Assembly (NCBI GenBank): GCA_947373615.1
Contig: CANBYN010000001.1
Location: 1 to 43,276, forward strand
From: Burkholderiaceae bacterium
GTDB taxonomy: Bacteria > Pseudomonadota > Gammaproteobacteria > Burkholderiales > Burkholderiaceae
Length of the DNA: 43,276 bases
Direction: 5' to 3'
Under the pieces are notes generated by a model. The model was not told where the DNA came from. It saw only the letters and a list, made by a program, of their open reading frames with translations, and searched no databases. Below are positions 24,213 to 34,429 of this stretch, in pieces; position 1 is the first letter of the stretch; each line of letters starts with the position of its first letter. The position numbers were made by a program, and so were the translations under genes.

Positions 24213-26417
24213 TTAACTAATCTTAGTTTCTATTTTGGCTCGGGCCACATGTAATTTTCTGAAGCTGTCAATCATGCGGCGATGCCTGTCTAGCCCTTCT
24301 AGGTTTATGCTAGTTGGTGTCAGACCGTAGAATAGAACACTGCCGTCCACTGAGCCAATTGCTGCATCCATCCTCTCATTGCCAAAGATCCGACGCAAAT
24401 TAACTAAGTAGTCATCGAGCTCTAAAATTTCATCCAATAGAATTTCCAGTACCGCGTTTAAGGCCTGATAAAACAATCTGCGCTCAATTGTATTGTCGTT
24501 ATATTGCAGGAAGGCGCCCACCAATTCATGCGCTTCCGTAAAGCGTTTCAAGCTAAGATGAATCAGTAACTTCAACTCCAAAACTGTTAGTTGACCCCAA
24601 ACCGTATTTTCATCGAATTCAATTCCAATCAATGTGGCGATATCACCGTACTCATCGAGCTCATTACTCTCTAAACGCTCAAGAAGCATACTAAGGCCAG
24701 CATCATCTAAACGAGACAGGTTCAAAATATCAGAACGAAATAACAGCGCCTTGTTGGTGTTATCCCAAATTAGATCCTCTATTGGATAAATCTCAGAATA
24801 TCCTGGCACCAGTATCCGACAAGCGATCGCGCCCAGCTCGTCATACACTGCCACGTAAGCCTCTTTGCCTATAGATTTAATAATGCCAAACAAGGTTGCA
24901 GCCTCCTCGGCATTGGAGTTTTCACCATGGCTAGAGAAGTTCCATTCCACAAAATCATAGTCCGATTTAGCGCTGAAAAAATGCCACGAAACAATTCCAC
25001 TAGAATCAATAAAGTGTTCTACAAAATTATTTGGCTCAGTCACTGCCTCTCTTGAAAAAGTAGGTGGGGGTAGATCGTTAAGGCCTTCTAAACTACGCCC
25101 CTGCAGCAATTCCGTCAAACTACGCTCTAGTGCTACCTCCATACTTGGGTGTGCGCCGAATGAAGCAAACACGCCACCTGTCCGAGGATTTAATAAGGTG
25201 ACACACATTACTGGATAGACCCCACCCAATGAGGCATCTTTTACTAACACTGGAAAGCCCTGCTTTTCCAGTCCCTGAATGCCTGCCAAAATGCCAGGAA
25301 ATTTCGCCAGCACTTCCATCGGCACATCTGGCAAAGCAATTTCACCTTCCAGAATTTCGCGCTTAACAGCTCTTTCGAAAATCTCCGATAGGCATTGCAC
25401 CTGCGCTTCGGCAAGCGTGTTACCAGCACTCATGCCATTGCTAACGTAAAGATTTTCAATCAAGTTAGATGGGAAATAAATAGTCTCCCCATCTGATTGA
25501 CGAACAAAAGGCAACGAACAAATGCCGCGCTTTACGTTACCAGAATTGGTGTCAATCAGATGTGAGCTACGTAAATCGCCATCAGGATTAAAAATTTTCA
25601 GACAGCGCTCATCCAGAATTTCTGACGGTAAAGTATCGTTCTTGGCTGGCTTGAACCAGCGCTCGCTTGGGTGGTGTACAAACGCTGCGTTAGCGATATC
25701 TTCTCCCCAGTACGCACCGGCATAAAAATGGTTGTTACTCAGTCGCTCAATATATTCACCCAAAGCAGATGCCAATGCGCTTTCTTTTGTCGATCCCTTG
25801 CCATTGGTAAAACACATTGGAGAGTGGGCATCTCGGATATGCAAGGACCACACATTGGGAATGATATTGCGCCATGAGGCGATTTCAATCTTAATACCTA
25901 GATTCGCCAACACGCTAGTCATATTCACAATGGTTTGCTCTAGCGGGAGATCTTTGCCCACAATATATGTACTAGCATCAGATGCGGACTTTAAAGTCAA
26001 CAATGTTTGCGCATCAGCATCCAAGCTCTTAACTTCTTCAATGACAAACTCTGGCCCCGCTTGCACTACTTTCTTGACGGTACAGCGTTCGATGGAACGC
26101 AAAATGCCTTGGCGGTCATTTGCCGAGATATCTTCTGGCAATTCAACCTGAATCTTAAAAATCTGCTGATAACGGTTTTCAGGGTCGACAACATTATTCT
26201 GTGAAAGCCGAATATTTTCGGTGGAAATATTACGAGTGGCACAGTAAAGCTTCACAAAATAGGCGGCACATAAGGCTGAAGAAGCTAGAAAGTAATCGAA
26301 AGGACCTGGAGCAGAGCCATCACCTTTATATCGGATGGGCTGGTCGGCAATCACCGTGAAGTCATCGAACTTAGCTTCAAGACGTAACTTATCGAGAAAG
26401 TTAACTTTAATTTCCAT
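24213..26417 (-). CDS. OsmC domain / YcaO domain fusion protein (start ATG 26417)
   Basis: N-terminal OsmC-like (DQP...GDGSAPGPFDYFLAS..LC; RCTVKK); YcaO motifs NGKG....ALASALGE..ER and SNGMSAGN......Q.LSEIFER. Confidence 0.9.
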   Translation of the reverse strand: MEIKVNFLDKLRLEAKFDDFTVIADQPIRYKGDGSAPGPFDYFLASSALCAAYFVKLYCATRNISTENIRLSQNNVVDPENRYQQIFKIQVELPEDISANDRQGILRSIERCTVKKVVQAGPEFVIEEVKSLDADAQTLLTLKSASDASTYIVGKDLPLEQTIVNMTSVLANLGIKIEIASWRNIIPNVWSLHIRDAHSPMCFTNGKGSTKESALASALGEYIERLSNNHFYAGAYWGEDIANAAFVHHPSERWFKPAKNDTLPSEILDERCLKIFNPDGDLRSSHLIDTNSGNVKRGICSLPFVRQSDGETIYFPSNLIENLYVSNGMSAGNTLAEAQVQCLSEIFERAVKREILEGEIALPDVPMEVLAKFPGILAGIQGLEKQGFPVLVKDASLGGVYPVMCVTLLNPRTGGVFASFGAHPSMEVALERSLTELLQGRSLEGLNDLPPPTFSREAVTEPNNFVEHFIDSSGIVSWHFFSAKSDYDFVEWNFSSHGENSNAEEAATLFGIIKSIGKEAYVAVYDELGAIACRILVPGYSEIYPIEDLIWDNTNKALLFRSDILNLSRLDDAGLSMLLERLESNELDEYGDIATLIGIEFDENTVWGQLTVLELKLLIHLSLKRFTEAHELVGAFLQYNDNTIERRLFYQALNAVLEILLDEILELDDYLVNLRRIFGNERMDAAIGSVDGSVLFYGLTPTSINLEGLDRHRRMIDSFRKLHVARAKIETKIS

Positions 26418-26548
26418 TGAAATAATTCCGAAAATGATGTGGACGCTATTATCTGTCGCTACACCGTTGCCGCGCAATCTTGCGAGGATTTTTATAAACG
26501 CAAAAGATAATTTGCCGATTTTTTTCGACAAATTATTTACTTAAGGCC

Positions 26549-27232
26549 TTATTGCTCGCCCTTATTCCGTGATGTGTCGATGCCTAAAGCTTTGAGCTTG
26601 CGATAAAGATGGGTTCGCTCCAAACCTGTGTACTCGGAAATCTTGGTCATGCTCCCACCCATGATTTGCATTTGGTGCTCAAAGTAGGCTTTTTCAAAAA
26701 GATCTCTTGCCTCTCTTAGAGGAAGATCGAAGTAGGTTTTTGCAATCCCACTTATGTACTCGTCTTCAGGCGCGCAAGCACTTACTTCAGTCACCGCTGG
26801 TCTGAGTGCATTACTAGTGCTCGAGCTAGGCTGAACTGTGCGCTCTTCTTCCGGCTCTACATATTTAGGCGAGCTCTCCAAAGCCTTGTTAACTGTCTTT
26901 AGAAGCTTTTGTAAAGCGATCGGCTTTTCTAAAAAGTTCAGCGCGCCAATGCGTGTTGCTTCAACTGCGGTATCAATTGTGGCGTGCCCTGACATCATGA
27001 CCACGGGCATTGTCAATTGACCAGTCTTAGACCACTCTTTTAACAAAGTAATGCCATCTGTATCTGGCATCCAAATATCCAATAACACAAGGTCTGGTCG
27101 CATTTGTTCACGAATAGTGCGTGCTTGAATAGCATTTTCTGCCACGTATACAGTGTGGCCTTCATCCGTCAGAATCTCATTGAGAAGCTCACGAATTCCC
27201 ATCTCATCATCAACCACCAAAATACAAGCCAT
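26549..27232 (-). CDS. Response regulator, REC + Fis-type HTH without AAA+ domain (betaproteobacterial NtrX/EsaR-like)
   Basis: LVVDDE, LLDIWMPD, EKP; GLERTHLYRKLK. Confidence 0.88.
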   Translation of the reverse strand: MACILVVDDEMGIRELLNEILTDEGHTVYVAENAIQARTIREQMRPDLVLLDIWMPDTDGITLLKEWSKTGQLTMPVVMMSGHATIDTAVEATRIGALNFLEKPIALQKLLKTVNKALESSPKYVEPEEERTVQPSSSTSNALRPAVTEVSACAPEDEYISGIAKTYFDLPLREARDLFEKAYFEHQMQIMGGSMTKISEYTGLERTHLYRKLKALGIDTSRNKGEQ

Positions 27233-27234
27233 AC

Positions 27235-29526
27235 TTAGGCCGCCTCTTTTGCTAAATTCATAAACAGAATTGATACTTGCGCACCGATCACATCCTCCCC
27301 CTGCATACGGTTTCGGATTTTAATCTTGGCTGCATGGTCATCAATAATTTTCTTTACCACTGCCAAACCTAATCCCGTACCCTTACTCTTGGTTGTTACA
27401 TATGGCTCGAATGCTCTTGCCAATATCTTAGCTGGAAATCCAATCCCGCAATCACTTATTGTCAACCGAACTGCATTTTGCACTACGCCAGTGTGCCCAC
27501 CATAGGGCACCAATTCAGTTTTTACCTCGACTGGTTCACTCGGGTTTGGGCCCTCAAGCGTGGAATCTTGCGCATTTTGAAGTAAATTGTGAATTACCTG
27601 TCTTAACTGAGTAGCGTCGCCCATGATGTTTGGGCAGCTAGGATCGAGGTGAGTTCGCAATGGACTGCCTTCATATAAACCCAAAATCTCTGTAGTGAGC
27701 GTATTGATAGATACCGACTTTAGTTGAGGTGCTGGTGTTTTAGCAAAATCCCTAAAGTCATTCACCATCTGCTTCATGGCTTGTACCTGGCCAATAATGG
27801 TTCCGGTACTTCGGTTCAGCATTTCCTCTTGCTCTGGGTTCAACTTGCCGGCAAGCTTGTGCTGCAATCTCTCCGCTGAGAGCTGAATAGGGGTAAGTGG
27901 GTTTTTGATTTCATGAGCTAGTCGTCTTGCAACCTCACTCCATGCAATAGACCTTTGCGCACTGACAACATCGGTAATATCATCAAAAACCACCATTCGC
28001 AGTTCGCTCGTCAACTCAGTTCCTCGGACAAACAAGGTCACACCCAACTCGTTTTCAAACTCGTTGGTGGAATGCAATTGGATTTGCTTTTGCCATACAG
28101 GGGCAATTGGCTGCCCAAACTGGGCTGCAGGGACATCGCTAGCTACGGCAAGCTTGATTGTTGCAAAGCCTTCCTTAATTGCCCCCTCAAATTCTAAAAG
28201 GCTAGGACTATGACTAAGTGGCTTACCGTCCAATTGCGTCAGATCTTGCACAAAAATTCTATCTGCCCCAGCATTACTGGAGACTACGTTGTAGTTTTTA
28301 TCAAAAATACACACTCCCGCAGTTAAGCTACCCAGAACTTTTTCTAAAAACGACTTTGATTCTTGTAAAGAATTTCGCGTATCGGCAAGCTGGCTTGTCA
28401 TGACGTTAAATTGGCGAGTCAGCAGGCCCAACTCATCTCCAGTATCTAGTTCTGGTTTAGGTGACAAGTCCCCCTGAGCTACGGCTTGAGTTCCCTTTAA
28501 AAGCATCAAAAGAGGGCGGGCAAGCTGCCGGCCCAATAAAAGAGCCAAAGTAATTGCTACAAATACTGCAAAAAATAAAGTTAGCGTTAAAGTACCTACA
28601 AACATTTTGCGCAAACCAGTACGTCCCAAGGACTTCTCTTGATATTCGCTATAGGCAGACTCAACCGCAAAAATATTCTTGGCCAATGGGACCGGAATAT
28701 AACGCACCAACTGTAAAAAATATTTATCGTCTGCGTCTTTGCTGCGGGTAGAGTTCTTTCTAACAATCGGCACAATCGCTCTTACTCGATAGCCCCGTTG
28801 ACCCCCTTCCATCTCAATTTGGTCTAAAAAAGTAACGCCCTTCTTTTTAAAAGCCTCCGAAATGACATCAGAACTAGGCGCAGGAAAATATTTTTTGGGC
28901 TTTAGCTCACTAGTAAAAATTAAATTGCGTCGCATATCAAAGAGACTGAGCTCTTGAATACCAAATTGGTTACGAATCTTCATAACTGTTGTGGCGACCT
29001 GATCAGTGGTTGCGCCTGAGGGGGCCTGCACAATCTGTTCAGCAATAAAATTTCCCTCGCCCAAAATCTCTTCTTGGGCAACTTGCAATGTAATGCGCCC
29101 CAACTCTAAGCCAGAGTTCAACGCTGATTCGACTTTCACATCAAACCAAGTTTCAATGCTGCGAGAAACGAACTGTAGAGAAACGCCATACAAAATCAAA
29201 CCCGGCACGATTCCAACTAAAGCAAAAATCATTGCTAATTTCGCAATTAACCGCGTGCCAAAATGACCTCGGTACCAACGAACCGCAATCACACTCACCA
29301 AAATTAAAATAACTAAGGTTAAACAAATGCCAATAATTACATTAGCGGCATATAACCAAATAAAATAATTATCAAAAAATTTGGTATTGGACGATGCGAT
29401 GGATAGTAATACCAATAGCAATAATGCAAAAATACCAATCGCGCCAATCGCAATCGGAATTACTTTTTTTCTCCAAGCCTTTGATGCAAAAAAGTCGGCC
29501 TTAAGCAGTGCTAAAGGAGCTTTCAT
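27235..29526 (-). CDS. Sensor histidine kinase, NtrY/EsaS-like (HAMP-PAS-HisKA-HATPase)
   Basis: AWSEVARRLAHEIKNPLTPIQLSAERL H-box, N/G boxes; ATG 29526 overlaps the DUF4390 stop (ATGA). Confidence 0.92.
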   Translation of the reverse strand: MKAPLALLKADFFASKAWRKKVIPIAIGAIGIFALLLLVLLSIASSNTKFFDNYFIWLYAANVIIGICLTLVILILVSVIAVRWYRGHFGTRLIAKLAMIFALVGIVPGLILYGVSLQFVSRSIETWFDVKVESALNSGLELGRITLQVAQEEILGEGNFIAEQIVQAPSGATTDQVATTVMKIRNQFGIQELSLFDMRRNLIFTSELKPKKYFPAPSSDVISEAFKKKGVTFLDQIEMEGGQRGYRVRAIVPIVRKNSTRSKDADDKYFLQLVRYIPVPLAKNIFAVESAYSEYQEKSLGRTGLRKMFVGTLTLTLFFAVFVAITLALLLGRQLARPLLMLLKGTQAVAQGDLSPKPELDTGDELGLLTRQFNVMTSQLADTRNSLQESKSFLEKVLGSLTAGVCIFDKNYNVVSSNAGADRIFVQDLTQLDGKPLSHSPSLLEFEGAIKEGFATIKLAVASDVPAAQFGQPIAPVWQKQIQLHSTNEFENELGVTLFVRGTELTSELRMVVFDDITDVVSAQRSIAWSEVARRLAHEIKNPLTPIQLSAERLQHKLAGKLNPEQEEMLNRSTGTIIGQVQAMKQMVNDFRDFAKTPAPQLKSVSINTLTTEILGLYEGSPLRTHLDPSCPNIMGDATQLRQVIHNLLQNAQDSTLEGPNPSEPVEVKTELVPYGGHTGVVQNAVRLTISDCGIGFPAKILARAFEPYVTTKSKGTGLGLAVVKKIIDDHAAKIKIRNRMQGEDVIGAQVSILFMNLAKEAA

Positions 29527-30104
29527 CGTTTGATTAAGTTGGGCCCATTGGGCGTAAGCGGAAAACGGAACCAATCGCTAGAAACATTCCAATCGCGATT
29601 ATTCAATGCATTTACTTGAAATGGCTTGGGAAGCTTGCTTAAATCTAGAACCATTCGCAAACCTGCTGTGTAAGCCTTATTGGGATCTAGCTGAGTGTTA
29701 TCAATCACATTCCATCCACCAATACTGCCCACCGCTTGTAATGCCTCGGAGATAGTTTTTGCTGAGAATGTGAATCCCTCGGAGGCAATCCGATATTGCT
29801 GAGTGAGCGGCTGATAAGACAATCGTGTTTGCCTTTGAACAAACACTGGTCTTTCTTCAAACCAATACCAGCGTCCCCGCGTTAAATCAAACTCCGCCTG
29901 AAAATAGAGCACCACGCCTTTTTGAACAGCATCTTCTAAGCCTGGTGATAACTCAATCTGAAATGCGGCACTCAATAGCCAGTCATTATCGACCCTCTCC
30001 AACTCGAAGGATTTGATTTTGATACCCTCTGCATTAACGGCCGTTGTAAATACCCCCAAGGCCATCAAACACACAAAGATGGATTGTTTAATTCGTTGGT
30101 TCAT
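29523..30104 (-). CDS. DUF4390 domain exported protein
   Basis: Signal peptide, RWYW, LSYQPLTQQYR, LPKPFQVNAL; usual position between rsmB and ntrY. Confidence 0.85.
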   Translation of the reverse strand: MNQRIKQSIFVCLMALGVFTTAVNAEGIKIKSFELERVDNDWLLSAAFQIELSPGLEDAVQKGVVLYFQAEFDLTRGRWYWFEERPVFVQRQTRLSYQPLTQQYRIASEGFTFSAKTISEALQAVGSIGGWNVIDNTQLDPNKAYTAGLRMVLDLSKLPKPFQVNALNNRDWNVSSDWFRFPLTPNGPNLIKR

Positions 30105-31416
30105 GACTCATTTTTTTAAACAAAGCATAGTAAAAACCGTCATTTAACTCGGTGGGCAATAGCTGCCCCGGAGAGTCCAATCGTAATGCATTGCTATGTT
30201 CTGTAGCAAACCAAATTGCCTGCCCCTCCCCCTCCTCTGGGAATAATGAGCATGTCACATACAAAAGTAGCCCACCCGGCTTTAGCATCTTCCATGCCTG
30301 ACTCAAAATACTCCGCTGCCTTAGCTGTAAAGCCTTTATATCTGCCTCACGCCGTAAGAAGGGTATATCTGGGTGTCTGGACACAATTCCCGAAGCTGAG
30401 CAAGGAGCATCTAGCAAAATCTTGTCAAATGGCGCTCCATCCCACCAAGACGCTTTTGAGGCATCCCCTCTTAATACCCGAACATTTTGAGAATGTAAGC
30501 GTAATCGATCTAAGTTTCCCCCTATTTTTCCGATACGCTCGCCATCAAGCTCAAGGGCAAACATCTCGCAATCAGCCAACTCCAATAAGTGGGCAGTCTT
30601 TCCGCCAGGTGCAGCGCAGGCATCCAAGACTCTTTCGCCCGGCTGAGGATTTAGCAAAACCGCCGCTAACTGCGCTCCTGCATCCTGTACCGAAACTGCA
30701 CCACTATAAAAACTTGGCAAATCTGAAACTGGAACAGGCTCAGTTAACAACAGAGCAGAAGGCAACTGAACACCTGCAATCTCTTCAATGGGGCTCGAAA
30801 TAATCCCTGCTTCTCTTAATAGAGTTTGATATTGTTCACGCGAATATTGTTTCTGATTTACTCGCAAAATTAATGGCGCACGCTTTGCTTGTTGAAACAA
30901 AATTGATTGCCACACCTTTGCATAGTTGAGCTTCAAGTTAGCCCGCCACCAAGCCGGAACATACATTGGTATAGGGTCTGGAGGGTAGTGCTTTTCACCT
31001 TCTACTGGCTGCACAGTGAGGCTTACTTTCCTTAACACTGCATTTACCAAGCCCTTTGCATAGACCGTCTGATCATATTCGCCACAAGCCCTAACAGCCT
31101 GATCAACAATGGTGTGAGGAGCATAACCTTTGCCTTCTATGGTTTCCTGCAAAAACAGAGCAATTGCCACCGCGAGCAAATGCTCAACTTCAGGAGGCGG
31201 TGGCTTTGGAATAAATTGCTTAATCAACTCATGAGAACGAACCCATTTGCGCAATGCATCGAAAGTGAGGCTTTGCACAATCGGTCGCTCATGGGCATCT
31301 AGCTGATCCAAGACCTCTGTGAGCGAACTACCACTCATTACCTCTCCAATCGCTTGTGCAGCAATGGTGATTGCTTCAGAAAGCGGAAGACTGCGTGGTG
31401 TTTTTTGATCAGTCAA
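30088..31416 (-). CDS. rsmB: 16S rRNA m5C967 methyltransferase RsmB
   Basis: NusB-like N-terminus, VQD, DACAAPGGKT, DAPCS.SG, YVTCS. Confidence 0.93.
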   Translation of the reverse strand: MTDQKTPRSLPLSEAITIAAQAIGEVMSGSSLTEVLDQLDAHERPIVQSLTFDALRKWVRSHELIKQFIPKPPPPEVEHLLAVAIALFLQETIEGKGYAPHTIVDQAVRACGEYDQTVYAKGLVNAVLRKVSLTVQPVEGEKHYPPDPIPMYVPAWWRANLKLNYAKVWQSILFQQAKRAPLILRVNQKQYSREQYQTLLREAGIISSPIEEIAGVQLPSALLLTEPVPVSDLPSFYSGAVSVQDAGAQLAAVLLNPQPGERVLDACAAPGGKTAHLLELADCEMFALELDGERIGKIGGNLDRLRLHSQNVRVLRGDASKASWWDGAPFDKILLDAPCSASGIVSRHPDIPFLRREADIKALQLRQRSILSQAWKMLKPGGLLLYVTCSLFPEEGEGQAIWFATEHSNALRLDSPGQLLPTELNDGFYYALFKKMSHEPTN

Positions 31417-31417
31417 A

Positions 31418-32284
31418 TTAGTTTTCTCCGGGATATACCCCGTTTTTTGCCATATTCAAAAGGCGGGCCACTCGCTCTTCGGTTGGAGGATGAGTAGAAA
31501 ATAATTGGGTAAGGGCGCCCGCACTTAAGGGATTAAGAATCATCATCTGCGCAGTTTCAGGATGTTGCTCTACTGCCTGAAACGGAATGCCCTGTGCATA
31601 GCTGTGTATTTTCTCCAAGGCCTGTGCCAACGCTTCAGGATCGGCGCTGATCTCAGCGCCGCCACGGTCTGCCTCGTATTCTCTTGCGCGAGAAATACTC
31701 ATTTGAATCAAGCTTGCGGCGATAGGGGCCAAGATTGCCACCAACAAACTTGCAATTGGATTGCTTGGCCGACCCTCAGAGTCGCGCCCACCAAAAAACA
31801 TCGCAAAATTTGCCAACGCGGAAATCGCACCAGCCATAGTGGCTGCAATCGTTGATATCAAGATATCCCGATGACGGACGTGCGCTAGCTCATGGGCCAT
31901 GACGCCGCGCAACTCACGGTTTGATAGGATCTTTAAGATTCCCGTAGTTGCAGCAACCGACGCATTCTCTGGATTGCGTCCAGTAGCAAAGGCATTGGGT
32001 GCATCCTCGTTAATCAGAAATACTTTAGGCATTGGAAGTCCAGCCTTTCCTGAAAGCTCCTTCACAAGCGCATAAAACTGTGGGGCAGATCTTTCATCGA
32101 CTTGTTGGGCATTAGTCATTTTCAGGACCATGGTGTCAGAGAACCAATAACTAAAAAAATTCATGCCAATAGCTATGAGCAACGCCATCAACATACCCTG
32201 TTCTCCACCTAGCATGCCTCCAACCACTATAAATAGAGCGGTAATTGCCGCCATTAAAATGGCGGTCTTGACCAAGTTAAACAT
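31418..32284 (-). CDS. htpX: Zinc metalloprotease HtpX
   Basis: [28 protein letters not shown]. Confidence 0.95.
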   Translation of the reverse strand: MFNLVKTAILMAAITALFIVVGGMLGGEQGMLMALLIAIGMNFFSYWFSDTMVLKMTNAQQVDERSAPQFYALVKELSGKAGLPMPKVFLINEDAPNAFATGRNPENASVAATTGILKILSNRELRGVMAHELAHVRHRDILISTIAATMAGAISALANFAMFFGGRDSEGRPSNPIASLLVAILAPIAASLIQMSISRAREYEADRGGAEISADPEALAQALEKIHSYAQGIPFQAVEQHPETAQMMILNPLSAGALTQLFSTHPPTEERVARLLNMAKNGVYPGEN

Positions 32285-32286
32285 TC

Positions 32287-33285
32287 TTATTCCTTTGCTT
32301 GAAAACGCAATAATCCTTCGCTAGCACCAAGTGACTGTATACACATTTTTGGGCTCATTTTTTTTCCTCCAGACTTTTGCATTTCAAGAATCTCTATCAC
32401 GCCGTGGCCACATTGAATATAGGCGCAACCATCTCTAAACCCTAAAATTTCGCCAGGAACGCCCTTGTGCTCAAAGGTGCCCGCCTTCGGAATGCGAGAA
32501 TTCCATAGCTTCATTACTGCGCCGTCAATATTGCTAGTGGCGCCAGGAAAAGGATTAAATGCACGAATTCGAGCATCAATTTGAGCGGCGCTTAAACTCC
32601 AATCAATTTCTGCTTCCGTTTTTAATATTTTTTCTGCGTAAGTAATCCCAACCGTAGACTGTTTACTCCTCGACAAATCATTGCCTTCTTGCAGAAGTTT
32701 TAAGACATTAACAATAAGTTTGGAGCCTAAGATAGCCAAACGATCGTGCAAGGTGACGCTTGTTTCTTCAGGATTAACTTCAAGATCCGAAACTAGAACA
32801 GTGTCACCCGTATCCAGGCCTACATCCATTTGCATGATGCATACCCCTGTTTTTAAGTCTCTCGCTTCAATAGCGCGCTGAATGGGAGCGGCACCACGCC
32901 AACGGGGCAATAGTGAGGCATGAATATTAAAGCTTCCATGCCTACCTGGTTTCTCGGTGAGATCCAATATTTCTTGCGGCAAGATCAAACCATAAGCGAC
33001 TACTACCATAGCATCGAATTCAATTTCAGATAGTTGTCGAAAAGTTTCTTGAGCTTGAGCCCGCTTCACAGGATCATTGCTATTAAGCCTTAGTGTTTCA
33101 GGCTGCAACACAGGTATATTATTTTTTAATGCAAACTCTTTAACAGGGCTTGCCTGTAGATGCATTCCCCTGCCGGCGCGACGATCGGGTTGTGTAAGCG
33201 CTAAAACCACTTCATGTCCAGCATGATGAATAGCGCGCATTGCTTGCGCCGCAAACTCAGGGGTACCAGCAAATACAATTTTCAT
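32287..33285 (-). CDS. fmt: Methionyl-tRNA formyltransferase
   Basis: [33 protein letters not shown]. Confidence 0.96.
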   Translation of the reverse strand: MKIVFAGTPEFAAQAMRAIHHAGHEVVLALTQPDRRAGRGMHLQASPVKEFALKNNIPVLQPETLRLNSNDPVKRAQAQETFRQLSEIEFDAMVVVAYGLILPQEILDLTEKPGRHGSFNIHASLLPRWRGAAPIQRAIEARDLKTGVCIMQMDVGLDTGDTVLVSDLEVNPEETSVTLHDRLAILGSKLIVNVLKLLQEGNDLSRSKQSTVGITYAEKILKTEAEIDWSLSAAQIDARIRAFNPFPGATSNIDGAVMKLWNSRIPKAGTFEHKGVPGEILGFRDGCAYIQCGHGVIEILEMQKSGGKKMSPKMCIQSLGASEGLLRFQAKE

Positions 33286-33293
33286 CGCGGCGC

Positions 33294-33809
33294 TTAGCGC
33301 TGACTCTCTAATTCTTTTGCGCGCTTTTTCATTTTTTGTGTGATACGAGTGCGCTTAAGTATCGATAAATATTCTACAAATACTTTTCCCTGCAAATGAT
33401 CCATCTCATGCTGTAAACATACCGCCAAAAGACCGTCTGCTGCAATCTCAAAATCTTTGCCATTGGTATCTATCGCTTTTACGCGAATCTCTGCAGGCCG
33501 CTCAACCTCATCATAGAATTCGGGCACGGAAAGGCAGCCTTCACGCCAAGACTTTGTCTCAGCGCTTGCCCAAATAATTTCTGGATTAATGAAAACCATC
33601 AGCTCATTTTGATCTTCTGATACATCTATCACTACGATGCGCTCATGGATGTCAACCTGTGTAGCAGCTAAGCCCACCCCGGGGGCCTCATACATCGTGT
33701 CGGCCATATCGGCCACAATTTGTTTTATACGTGCATCAACTTGTGCTACAGGTTTAGCAACCTTGTGCAAGCGCGGGTCTGGATAACAAAGGACGGGTAA
33801 CAAAGCCAT
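33294..33809 (-). CDS. def: Peptide deformylase (start ATG 33809)
   Basis: [19 protein letters not shown]. Confidence 0.96.
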   Translation of the reverse strand: MALLPVLCYPDPRLHKVAKPVAQVDARIKQIVADMADTMYEAPGVGLAATQVDIHERIVVIDVSEDQNELMVFINPEIIWASAETKSWREGCLSVPEFYDEVERPAEIRVKAIDTNGKDFEIAADGLLAVCLQHEMDHLQGKVFVEYLSILKRTRITQKMKKRAKELESQR

Positions 33810-33845
33810 ATGAGAATTATCCAACAGAGCCAACAGTCTGTCCCG

Positions 33846-34211
33846 ATTGCTTCAATTTCCCAAACCCAATAGAGAGCAAGAATCCTTATCATTTCTGGGA
33901 TCGCAAGAGAGCTTGATGGCCCAGCGCATCCAGTCACTTTAGGTTTAGGCTCCGTTAATGATTACCGCATTTGGCACAAGGAAGGGTGTGATTTAGCTCT
34001 GAGATTACTTCAGCCTAGCCCGAGCTTTAGCTTAACAAGTACTTTTTATATCTAAGTATTCTCGAGGAACAAAACTAACACCATTCTTCCGCCTTCCGAA
34101 GGGTGGCTGACTTTTCTCATCTCCTGCCAAATGCCAGTTATTGATTCAACAAGGTGCAAGCTAGTGCGACAGCCAAGCGATGTCATTGGGAAACTCATTT
34201 TATTTGCTTAA
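33846..34211 (+). pseudogene. dprA: Eroded remnant of DNA-protecting protein DprA
   Basis: Manual translation gives collinear fragments IISGIARELDGPAH, ITAFGT..., LARALA*QVLFISKY..GT, CQLLIQQGA/LVRQPSDVI with stops, frameshifts and deletions; dprA normally lies between def and the topoisomerase gene. Confidence 0.8.
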
Positions 34212-34245
34212 AACCCCATTTAAAGGCATTTAAATGGGGTTTTAA
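34208..34245. repeat. Perfect 17-bp-arm inverted repeat (terminator or cruciform)
   Basis: TTAAAACCCCATTTAAA-GGCA-TTTAAATGGGGTTTTAA. Confidence 0.8.
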
Positions 34246-34429
34246 TATGAATACTGCCACTTTTAGGCCTGATTTATACATTCCAAAATAAGGCTTTTTG
34301 GACTTTTCCCAATTTATCGGTTAATAATAAAAAAGGGGTAAGTGATCGACCAAACCCTGATTTGGTTTAAATTGATCATCCTTTTCCCCTATTAAAAATA
34401 TCATTTCAGGCTCAAATTTAGGCAAACGC

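Noticed and set aside
26418-26531. ORF-track N-terminal extensions of the YcaO fusion (also HU, lpxL, TPR, histidine kinase, def)
   Set aside because: Family similarity, SD position or gene overlap favour the downstream starts used in the feature list.
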